Source: Candidatus Bathyarchaeia archaeon (GTDB lineage Bacteria; Hydrogenedentota; Hydrogenedentia; Hydrogenedentales; SLHB01). From it: a stretch of 64,000 nucleotides of DNA. The notes below the pieces were generated by a model. It searched no databases. It was not told the origin of the DNA and was given only the letters and a program-made list of their open reading frames with translations. The position numbers were made by a program, and so were the translations under genes. Location: contig DATKVG010000128.1 in the NCBI GenBank assembly GCA_035530195.1, forward strand, positions 597 through 64,596. Reading direction: 5' to 3'. Numbering within the stretch: position 1 is the first letter of the stretch; the number at the start of each line of letters is the position of its first letter. Positions 35,649-42,799 of this stretch are shown here, piece by piece.

Positions 35649-36548
35649 TCAGATCAGCCGGCCTTCGGCGGTTCCCAGCATTTTGACATCGATCCGGTTT
35701 TTGTCGGCGATTCCGAGGTGGAATTTTTCCGCGGCGAACCGGATGTGGTGGGGCGTGATGGGGAGGGGGGCGTCTTCCTTAAAGAACTGTTTGCGTTTGG
35801 CCTGGATGATGGAAAGCCCGATGGTGTCGACGGCCACGGGATCGGTTCCCAGCAGGAATCCGGCGTAGTCCCAGGCGTACTTGGCGTCGAAATTATGCGG
35901 GCCTTTGCTGTGGAACAGCGGGGTGAGCATGACCAGGATGTTGAGGCGCGTCTTGCCGTTCACGATCGGCAGTTCCCAGAGTTCGCCGAGGTTCTCGCAA
36001 AAGTTGGGGTGCAGGCTCGGGCAGTCTTCGCTGAACGGCATGAAATTCTTGATGCAACTGCCGACCCCGGCCCAGTGGTGGCTTCTCATGGGCCGGACGT
36101 TGATGATGGCGGTCGAGTTCTGGAACACGGGATTGGCTCTGGCGCCACGGTCTTCGACGGCCACTTTGTCGGCGGGAACGCCGGCCCCGGTCACCTTGCT
36201 GACGATGGCGGTTTCGACCTCGGGCGGGGTTCGGAGCGCGGGCCATGTGTTGCTCTTGACGCCGACGGTATCTTCCGGCGTTATGAATTGGGCCCAGGCC
36301 GAGGCCGGGTCGGGCTTTCCGGTCAGCTGGCACACGCCCATGTCCAGCAGCCGGGTGACGACTTCGGGGTTCACCGCCCCATCCGGTCCCAACACGGCCG
36401 GATCGCGTACCAGGACTACGGTAGCCCGTGCCGGTTCCTCGCCGTAGGCAATGGTGGGAAAGGTTGCGGCCGCACCGGCCAGAGTCACCCCTGCGGCTCC
36501 GCGTTTGAGGAAGTCGCGCCGCGTGATTGGCTTATGCCCGTAGATCAT
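35649..36548 (-). CDS. DUF362-like protein with a twin-arginine signal
   Basis: MIYGHKPITRRDFLKRGAAGVTLAGAAA. The start at 36548 abuts the upstream stop. The body resembles DUF362 proteins, from memory. Confidence 0.7.
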   Translation of the reverse strand: MIYGHKPITRRDFLKRGAAGVTLAGAAATFPTIAYGEEPARATVVLVRDPAVLGPDGAVNPEVVTRLLDMGVCQLTGKPDPASAWAQFITPEDTVGVKSNTWPALRTPPEVETAIVSKVTGAGVPADKVAVEDRGARANPVFQNSTAIINVRPMRSHHWAGVGSCIKNFMPFSEDCPSLHPNFCENLGELWELPIVNGKTRLNILVMLTPLFHSKGPHNFDAKYAWDYAGFLLGTDPVAVDTIGLSIIQAKRKQFFKEDAPLPITPHHIRFAAEKFHLGIADKNRIDVKMLGTAEGRLI

Positions 36549-37444
36549 TTGCTTGTCCCTCCCGGACCTGCGATCTTGTCCATCATTTGGATAGCGTCGG
36601 CCTTTGCCGGCGCATCGAAAACCACGCACAGCAGCTTATCTCTTATACGGACGCCAGTCCACCGGCCGTTTTCGGTTTTTGCAAGGGCATCGGGGCCGGC
36701 GTCGGGCAAGTAGGCGTGCAGGAATTCGGAACGCGCGGCGCGGGCAGCCGCCGCAGCCGGATACCGGACGATCAGACTCGTCATGGGCGGCCCTTCCGGG
36801 GTTTTGTATCGCGCCAGTATGCCTTCGGAGTCTGAATCAAGGTTCAGCAGATTCTTATCGGAGACGTAGTAATAGAGGTTGAGCAGGAAGTGGTTGTGGA
36901 AATAGCGGGTATCGCCTGGCAGCAGGCCTTCGGCGGGCAGCAGGTTGAGCAGGCTGGGCGGACCGGCATCGCCGGCGATGGCGGTGGCGGTGGCTTCGCC
37001 AATGGCCATGATGGCCGCTCGTACAGGTTCAGAGGCCGTGGCGGCGGTGACGTAAACTACGTACCGGTCTTTCCAGAAGGCGAGCGTGGCGCTGTCAAAT
37101 TCGGACTCGCGGCCGACATGCACATCGGCGTCGTCGCGCGTATCATGGTGGTATGCGCCGAACGCGTCGGCGGACGTTTTCATTTTGAAGATGTCGGCGG
37201 TGATTTGGGGAAATCCCTGTTTAATGTAACGGCGTGCCACGACGCGCTGCACGTTCAACGCTTTGTAAATCTCCGATGCGCCGTCGATGTATTCATGGAG
37301 ATTTGCCGCGGAATAGACATTGTCCTTTGAGGGTGTCGTCCAGCCCAATACTTCTTTGGGCACAAGTTTTTCGATCTCGGGATCGACTTTCCGGCCCGGA
37401 TGAGCGTAAAATTGACCAACGGCAAATAAGAAGGCGAGTATCAT
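36545..37444 (-). CDS. Hypothetical exported protein, co-transcribed with the DUF362-like gene
   Basis: It has a hydrophobic N-terminus and clean coding composition. No family is assigned with confidence. Confidence 0.6.
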   Translation of the reverse strand: MILAFLFAVGQFYAHPGRKVDPEIEKLVPKEVLGWTTPSKDNVYSAANLHEYIDGASEIYKALNVQRVVARRYIKQGFPQITADIFKMKTSADAFGAYHHDTRDDADVHVGRESEFDSATLAFWKDRYVVYVTAATASEPVRAAIMAIGEATATAIAGDAGPPSLLNLLPAEGLLPGDTRYFHNHFLLNLYYYVSDKNLLNLDSDSEGILARYKTPEGPPMTSLIVRYPAAAAARAARSEFLHAYLPDAGPDALAKTENGRWTGVRIRDKLLCVVFDAPAKADAIQMMDKIAGPGGTSK

Positions 37445-37639
37445 GTGTTAAGCCTTTCGAGAAACCGGTTTCCATTATACTCCGGGGCCAAGAGGTGGTC
37501 ACGCGATTTTGCGGGTCATGCTAAGGATAAACGTAAGTGTTTACGCAGCAACGAATAGTCGCTGCTGTCGGTTGATAGATTGTCCGGGGTTCGAAATGGT
37601 TTGCGTTCAAACCATGCACAAAGAGGAAAGGGAAACCGT

Positions 37640-37768
37640 ATGAAACACGCAAAACCTTTGTCCAAGGCAATTCTTGGACCTACCAGTGGTATCCTGAGTC
37701 TCCTGCAGTTGCTGATAAACTTGGGGGTCCTCAACATTGAAGACATCTTCAAGAAGGACGGCGCCTAG
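37640..37768 (+). CDS. Small peptide P1 (42 aa), candidate precursor/bacteriocin-like peptide
   Basis: MKHAKPLSKAILGPTSGILSLLQLLINLGVLNIEDIFKKDGA. This is an internal start of ORF 37580..37768 with a purine-rich SD (aagaggaaaggga) upstream. It shares the MKH start and the D[IL]F..D.A end with P3. Confidence 0.55.
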   Translation: MKHAKPLSKAILGPTSGILSLLQLLINLGVLNIEDIFKKDGA

Positions 37769-38005
37769 GCGTCTCCCGCGGCCCCACATAACGTGCTGAC
37801 AGTAAAACACTTGTCTGACCGGGGCATATAATTGGCGTCTTTCACCTCGATGCCGGCTTGGAGGGAAAGAGGGTGGTTTGGCGCCGTAACAACTTTTGCC
37901 GAGCCGTGTATAGTTTTGAGAGCAGTGACGGCGGGGCTACCGTTGGCGGTGGTTCTGTCAGGGTAGGGTTTCCACATACTGTGCAGGTGGGTTTTGCGAG
38001 CCGCG

Positions 38006-38035
38006 TTGACAAGGGTTTAGGCAGGGTGATATACT
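38006..38035 (+). promoter_or_regulatory. Sigma70-like promoter upstream of peptide genes P2-P4
   Basis: TTGACA (38006-38011), then N17 to ATATAC or N18 to TATACT. It lies about 60 nt upstream of the P2 ATG. Confidence 0.5.
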
Positions 38036-38094
38036 CGCGGCCAAAAGGGGTTACAGCCTGTCAAGAGACAGGTTAAAGCCCATCAGGAGACGTT

Positions 38095-38244
38095 ATGAAA
38101 CATCTGCAAAAGGTATCGAAACCGCCCGTTCATGCTGCTGACATCCCTGTGGATGCCAAGATGGCGTTCATCATCTCGATTCTGACGGCATTCACCCCGA
38201 TTCTTGAGGCGAAAAACCCGGAGCAAACCACGCCAACCCCGTAG
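38095..38244 (+). CDS. Small peptide P2 (49 aa), candidate precursor peptide
   Basis: MKHLQKVSKPPVHAADIPVDAKMAFIISILTAFTPILEAKNPEQTTPTP. AGGAGA lies 4 nt upstream of the ATG. It is not in the ORF track (below the length cutoff). Confidence 0.6.
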   Translation: MKHLQKVSKPPVHAADIPVDAKMAFIISILTAFTPILEAKNPEQTTPTP

Positions 38245-38349
38245 TGATTCGGGTTAATCCGGAGATCGGCAGTGGGATGTGCTTAATCGCCAAGAAGCGG
38301 CGCCTAATACGCCGACCTTGTATAGGCAAACGAGCAAGGAGAAAAGAAG

Positions 38350-38475
38350 ATGAAGCACATCAGGAAAATGACAGTAGCGAAGGCGGATGTATTTACGGAC
38401 ATTGGCGATTTCTTCACCAACCTGTGGGATGAAATCAGCGGCTTCTTCAAGGACCTGTTTGGCGGGGACGCCTAG
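38350..38475 (+). CDS. Small peptide P3 (41 aa), candidate precursor peptide
   Basis: MKHIRKMTVAKADVFTDIGDFFTNLWDEISGFFKDLFGGDA. AAGGAG lies 8 nt upstream. It is not in the ORF track. Confidence 0.65.
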   Translation: MKHIRKMTVAKADVFTDIGDFFTNLWDEISGFFKDLFGGDA

Positions 38476-38505
38476 TCCAGCGGAGAAAAACGCCGGAGGT
38501 TTACC

Positions 38506-38673
38506 ATGAGACACGTATTGAAGGTATCTGCCACGTTGATGCGGCCCGAGGAGGGCCATCGCGCTCCTGTGGCAGTGCCGGATCGGGCCGACGCGAAGAC
38601 GGACTTCATGAATGCCGTCTATAACGCGTGGACCGATTTTGTGTACCAGAAGAAAAACGAGTTGAGCGTGTAA
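38506..38673 (+). CDS. Small peptide P4 (55 aa), candidate precursor peptide
   Basis: MRHVLKVSATLMRPEEGHRAPVAVPDRADAKTDFMNAVYNAWTDFVYQKKNELSV. GGAGG lies 6 nt upstream. It is not in the ORF track. Confidence 0.65.
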   Translation: MRHVLKVSATLMRPEEGHRAPVAVPDRADAKTDFMNAVYNAWTDFVYQKKNELSV

Positions 38674-38700
38674 ACCTGCCGTCGAAAACTTGCAGTACTG

Positions 38701-38740
38701 ACCGGGACTCCAGTGTCTTGAAGTCCCGGTTCTGTTTTCT
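38701..38740 (+). terminator. Rho-independent terminator/attenuator between the peptide genes and the enzyme genes
   Basis: ACCGGGACT-ccagtgtcttga-AGTCCCGGT followed by TCTGTTTTCT. Confidence 0.6.
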
Positions 38741-38774
38741 ATACGATCCGGTAAGTGAGGAATGATAAGGACTT

Positions 38775-39311
38775 GTGATTAAGGGCGCGCATAGCGTAAT
38801 CCGTTCGACCGACCCCGATGACGCGGGGGCGCTGAAGTCGGTTTACGACTCTCAGGCGCCGCGGTCGTCGCTGCTCGACCAGCGCCGGGAATTGAACCCG
38901 CCGACGCGGGACGAGCTGCGCGAGGTTATGGGCCAGAAGGAGATGGGGAAGGCGGTGTTTTATACGGTGGAGGATCCGGGCGGCGAAATCTGTGGATTCT
39001 GCTGTCTACGGGGGCTGAATCCCGAGGCGCAGTTCAGCGAATTTGTGGTGATTTTTCTGAATGAAGCGGCGTTTTCGACGCCGATGGCGGACGAAGTATT
39101 CGGGTTTTTGTCGCGGCTGGCGTTCCAGCGGATGCACAACCGCAAGGTGGTGACGCACTGCCTGGACAGCGAGACCGAATATCGGAAGTTTCTGATAGGC
39201 CATGGGTTCAAGAGCGCGGGCGTACAGCGGGACGTGGTGTTTTCGCAGGGGAGGTGGTTCAACCTGGAGGCGTTGACGCTTCGGGCCGCTGATTGTACGT
39301 TTGCCGCTTAA
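38775..39311 (+). CDS. GNAT acetyltransferase, RimJ/RimL-like (divergent)
   Basis: GTG start. The C-terminal half (...VFGFLSRLAFQRMHNRKVVTHCLDSETEYRKFLIGHGFKSAGVQRDVVFSQGRWFNLEALTL) follows the Acetyltransf_3 layout. Confidence 0.7.
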   Translation: MIKGAHSVIRSTDPDDAGALKSVYDSQAPRSSLLDQRRELNPPTRDELREVMGQKEMGKAVFYTVEDPGGEICGFCCLRGLNPEAQFSEFVVIFLNEAAFSTPMADEVFGFLSRLAFQRMHNRKVVTHCLDSETEYRKFLIGHGFKSAGVQRDVVFSQGRWFNLEALTLRAADCTFAA

Positions 39312-39341
39312 CAAACGGCCGGTTGAGGATCGATTTCTTAG

Positions 39342-39986
39342 ATGGCAATTAGGACCAGGACGTTCATCCGCCGGGCGGAGCGTGAAGATTTGGATACGGT
39401 GGTGGCGTGGATGGAGGATCCGGATTTTCAGCTTTTCCTTTACGGCGACCCGGCGCGATCGCCCAAGCAGATCCGTGAGCAGATTGTGTCGATGCTTGGG
39501 CGGTCGTCGGCCCAGACGGTGCCGGGCGGCCTGTACCTGATAATCGACTCGGCGGAACATGGTCCGCTGGGTTTGTTGTCGCTTCAGAACATCAGTTGGC
39601 GCAACCGCAGTTGCAGCATTGACTTGTACATGGGCAACAAGGAGATGCGGCACAAGCTGACGGCGGGGATCGCCTTTTACCGGGCGATGCAGTACGCGTT
39701 TGAAGAGCTGAACCTGCACCGGGTCAATGCTTACATTTACGCGTTCAACGAGGCGTCGTGGATGATCCTGGAGCGGATGGGTGCGGTGCGCGAACTGACG
39801 TTGCCCGAACACGTGGCCAGGGACGGCAGACTTTACGATCTTTACGGGTATGGGTTGCTGCGGCACGAGTTCGAGGCGTTCAAGGGAAAGAACCCGCACC
39901 TGGTCGAGGACGTGGTCGAATCCATGAGGGGGTTGAATTCGGGGCCGGCAGGGGGTGGCGAAAAGGCTGCGGAGAAAGATACGTGA
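39342..39986 (+). CDS. GNAT acetyltransferase, RimJ/RimL-like
   Basis: IRRAEREDLDTVVAWMEDPDF...AFYRAMQYAFEELNLHRVNAYIYAFNEASWMILERMGAVRELTLPEHVARDGRLYDLYGYGLL. Confidence 0.85.
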   Translation: MAIRTRTFIRRAEREDLDTVVAWMEDPDFQLFLYGDPARSPKQIREQIVSMLGRSSAQTVPGGLYLIIDSAEHGPLGLLSLQNISWRNRSCSIDLYMGNKEMRHKLTAGIAFYRAMQYAFEELNLHRVNAYIYAFNEASWMILERMGAVRELTLPEHVARDGRLYDLYGYGLLRHEFEAFKGKNPHLVEDVVESMRGLNSGPAGGGEKAAEKDT

Positions 39987-40876
39987 GCCTGCCAGCGGCC
40001 ATTTTTCTGTGCCTGATGCTGGGACACGCAGGCTTTGCGTTTTTTGTCAACCGCAGGCGGGGAGGTGTTGCGGGGGGCACAAACTTGCTGGTGTCGGCGT
40101 GGCCGTTTTACGTGGTTTTTGTTTCAGGCATCCGGCATCGGACGCCGGCGCTGCGGGCAGGCGCGGTTCTTCAGACGCTGCTGTTTGCTGTGGCATGCTG
40201 GATTGCGGCGGGCAGGGGTGTGTGGAGCCGCGAGTTGATATCTCCGATAGCAATCGGGGCCGGGCTGGCAGCCGGTCATCTGATATTCGGAATGAGCGTG
40301 CTGGCGACGCACAGGTCTTTACGGCAGGCGGGGAGGCACCTGATTGACTTGGGGCCGCTTTGGAATTATCTGACGGACAACCCGCGCATCCTGATGCAGT
40401 TTGCCAGCGTGAGCATCGCGGAAGAGACCATTTATCGGGCGGCGTTGCAGCCGCTGGCGGTGAGTTGGGTCGGGCCGGTTTTGGGCGTGGGGGCGGTGGC
40501 GGTGGTGTTTGCGTGCGTCCACGAACACTTTTTCCGGAACAGCTTGAGGCAGTCGGGCGAGTTTTTGGCGTTCGCGCTGTTGCTTGGCGGCCTTTATTAC
40601 TGGACGGGCAGCCTGATTCTTGTTATGGTCGTTCACGCGGCGCGGAACGTGGAAATCGCCTTCATGGAACGGCTCGCCCAGATAGAGGAATCGGGCGACC
40701 CGGACGCGGGCGAACGCGAGGCCCTGTTCGCCGAGGGCAGGCTGATCGAGGCGCTGGTGGTGGCGCCGGGGTGCGGGATGGCGGTGGGGTGCGTGGACCT
40801 GGCGGTCGAGCCGGTCTGTGAACCGGGGGCGTATCCGGTTCAGGCGCGGTGTTTTGGTCCGTTGGAGAACGTATGA
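39983..40876 (+). CDS. CPBP-family (CAAX/Abi-type) intramembrane glutamic metalloprotease
   Basis: It is polytopic, with all three CPBP motifs: EETIYR (EExxxR), FACVH (FxxxH) and HAARN (HxxxN). The GTG start overlaps the GNAT stop (GTGA). This is the in-frame part of ORF 39758..40876. Confidence 0.8.
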   Translation: MSLPAAIFLCLMLGHAGFAFFVNRRRGGVAGGTNLLVSAWPFYVVFVSGIRHRTPALRAGAVLQTLLFAVACWIAAGRGVWSRELISPIAIGAGLAAGHLIFGMSVLATHRSLRQAGRHLIDLGPLWNYLTDNPRILMQFASVSIAEETIYRAALQPLAVSWVGPVLGVGAVAVVFACVHEHFFRNSLRQSGEFLAFALLLGGLYYWTGSLILVMVVHAARNVEIAFMERLAQIEESGDPDAGEREALFAEGRLIEALVVAPGCGMAVGCVDLAVEPVCEPGAYPVQARCFGPLENV

Positions 40877-41886
40877 AAACCGAATATTTGGTGCGCATCG
40901 ACCGGGTCGATAAAACCTTCAAGACACGTCATCTGTTTTATAAGGACGACACGACGCCGCGCCGGCTATTGCACAAAAAGCTGGTGCAGGCGGCGAGGAA
41001 CATCGATTTTGGGATACGGGCCGGGGAGATTTTCGGCCTTCTCGGCCCAAACGGCGCGGGCAAGACCACGACGGTGAAGATGGTCTCGGGGCTGGTGCGG
41101 CCGGACAGTGGCGCGGTGTACGTGGACGGGCTGAACGTCGACAAAAAACGCCTGCAGGTGCTGAGGAAAGTCGGCGTGGTGCTCGAAGGTACGCGCACGA
41201 GCATTTGGCCGCTGACGCCGTACGAAAACCTGATGTATTACGGCAACCTGAAAGACGTGAAGGGGCGGGTGCTGAAAGAGCGTGCGAAGTCGCTGCTGAC
41301 ATTTATCGGGCTTGATCATAAGCAGCACATCGAGGTGAGGAAACTGTCGCGCGGCGAGAAACAGAAGCTGGCTATCTGCATCGCGCTGATTGCGGACCCG
41401 CCGGTGGTCCTGCTGGACGAGCCGACGACGGGCCTCGATGTCCAGAGCAGCCGCAACATCAAGGACAGAATCCTGGAGATGACGAGGGAGCAGGGAAAGT
41501 GCGTGCTGGTGACGACACACGACATGAACGTGGCGCAGGAGATCTGCGATCGGATCGGCATCATCGACCATGGCGTGCTGGTGGCGTGCCAGCCCAAGGA
41601 ATCGCTGCTGGATGTGTTCAGCGACCCGGTGTTCGAGTTCAAGCTGGACCGGCTGGTGCCCAACTCGATTTTGGACGGGATAGCGCATATCAACGAGATG
41701 ACGATGCGGATCGAAGAAGAGGGCCCGGTAGTGTCCGTGGCGCTGGAAACGGACCTCGAGGCGCGGTCGCGGGCACTGTACGACGTGGTGCAGCGGTTTC
41801 GGGATCAGGGCATTCTGTTGCGGTCGGTTTCGCAGCGGCAGCAGACGCTCGAGAACGTGTTTCTGCGGCTGACGGGCAAGAAGTAG
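40873..41886 (+). CDS. ABC transporter ATP-binding protein
   Basis: Walker A GLLGPNGAGKTT, signature LSRGEKQKLAI and Walker B VVLLDEPTTGLD. ATGA overlap with the CPBP stop. Confidence 0.9.
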   Translation: MKTEYLVRIDRVDKTFKTRHLFYKDDTTPRRLLHKKLVQAARNIDFGIRAGEIFGLLGPNGAGKTTTVKMVSGLVRPDSGAVYVDGLNVDKKRLQVLRKVGVVLEGTRTSIWPLTPYENLMYYGNLKDVKGRVLKERAKSLLTFIGLDHKQHIEVRKLSRGEKQKLAICIALIADPPVVLLDEPTTGLDVQSSRNIKDRILEMTREQGKCVLVTTHDMNVAQEICDRIGIIDHGVLVACQPKESLLDVFSDPVFEFKLDRLVPNSILDGIAHINEMTMRIEEEGPVVSVALETDLEARSRALYDVVQRFRDQGILLRSVSQRQQTLENVFLRLTGKK

Positions 41887-41905
41887 GTACTGAGGACGTA
41901 GCCGA

Positions 41906-42799
41906 ATGGGTTTTTTGCTGGTACTGAAGGCTGAATTTATCCGCAACATGATCGTGATGCGGCGGTACTGGTTCAGGACCGTGACGGGAATGATCATCGG
42001 GTATGGGATGCTGATGTCGATGATCTGGATGTTTCATTCGAAGGGGGGCGTAGATCCGGAGGGGTTTGCGAGCCGGTTCAGCGATCCGGAAGATGCGACG
42101 AAATTTGCCCTGACTTTTATCATCGGGATGCTGGCGTTTGGCATAGTGGGCCTTTTCAGCCAGGGTTTGCAGGGGATGGCGCAAAGCGGCCAGTTGGAGC
42201 AGTTGTGCATGAGCCCGCACGGGCTGGTGTCGAATTTCATGGCGCGGTCGTTGATGGCGTCGGTGACGTCGGTGCCGACGTCGGCGCTGATGGTTTGGTT
42301 GATCGCGTACCGGGTGAGATTCGACTTGCCGATGACGACGTTGGCCGACTTTTTGACGCTGGTTCTTCTGTTGGCGCTGGCGTTCTTGAACCTGATTGGG
42401 TTTGGTTTCATGGTGGGCGGATTGGTGCTGGTGTTCAAGCAGACCGGCCAGGTGGCGGTGATCGTGCGGATGGTCTTGTTGGGTATCGCCGTCATGGCCG
42501 ACGACGTGCGGACGTTCCCAAAGATACTTCAAGTGTTTTCGCACGCGTTGCCCATCACAGATGCCACGCTGTGCCTGATCCACCTTGTGATCCGGGGGCA
42601 AATGCAGCCGGTGTATGACGCGAAAGGCAAGCCGCTGATGGAAGGGGCGAAGGTGGTGGCGAACTACGTGCCGATCCTGTTTCACCCGTCGTTTTTGTTG
42701 CTGCTGGTGAACTGCGCCGTCTGGACGTTCCTGGGCATCGCCTGTTTTCGCTTCATGGAGAACTGGAGCCGCAACAAGGGCACCCTGGGGGCCTACTGA
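41906..42799 (+). CDS. ABC-2 type transporter permease
   Basis: Six hydrophobic segments, following the ATPase by 19 nt. Confidence 0.8.
   Translation: MGFLLVLKAEFIRNMIVMRRYWFRTVTGMIIGYGMLMSMIWMFHSKGGVDPEGFASRFSDPEDATKFALTFIIGMLAFGIVGLFSQGLQGMAQSGQLEQLCMSPHGLVSNFMARSLMASVTSVPTSALMVWLIAYRVRFDLPMTTLADFLTLVLLLALAFLNLIGFGFMVGGLVLVFKQTGQVAVIVRMVLLGIAVMADDVRTFPKILQVFSHALPITDATLCLIHLVIRGQMQPVYDAKGKPLMEGAKVVANYVPILFHPSFLLLLVNCAVWTFLGIACFRFMENWSRNKGTLGAY

Noticed and set aside
37858-38076. 72-aa ORF (+) between P1 and P2.
   Set aside because: There is no SD and no similarity to P1-P4. It overlaps the predicted promoter for P2.
38254-38559. 101-aa ORF (-) antisense to peptide genes P3/P4, and 39006..39899 (-) antisense to the GNAT genes.
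   Set aside because: There is no SD and the composition is poor. The plus-strand small ORFs have SD sequences, a shared N-terminal motif and paralogy, and the GNATs have clear motifs.
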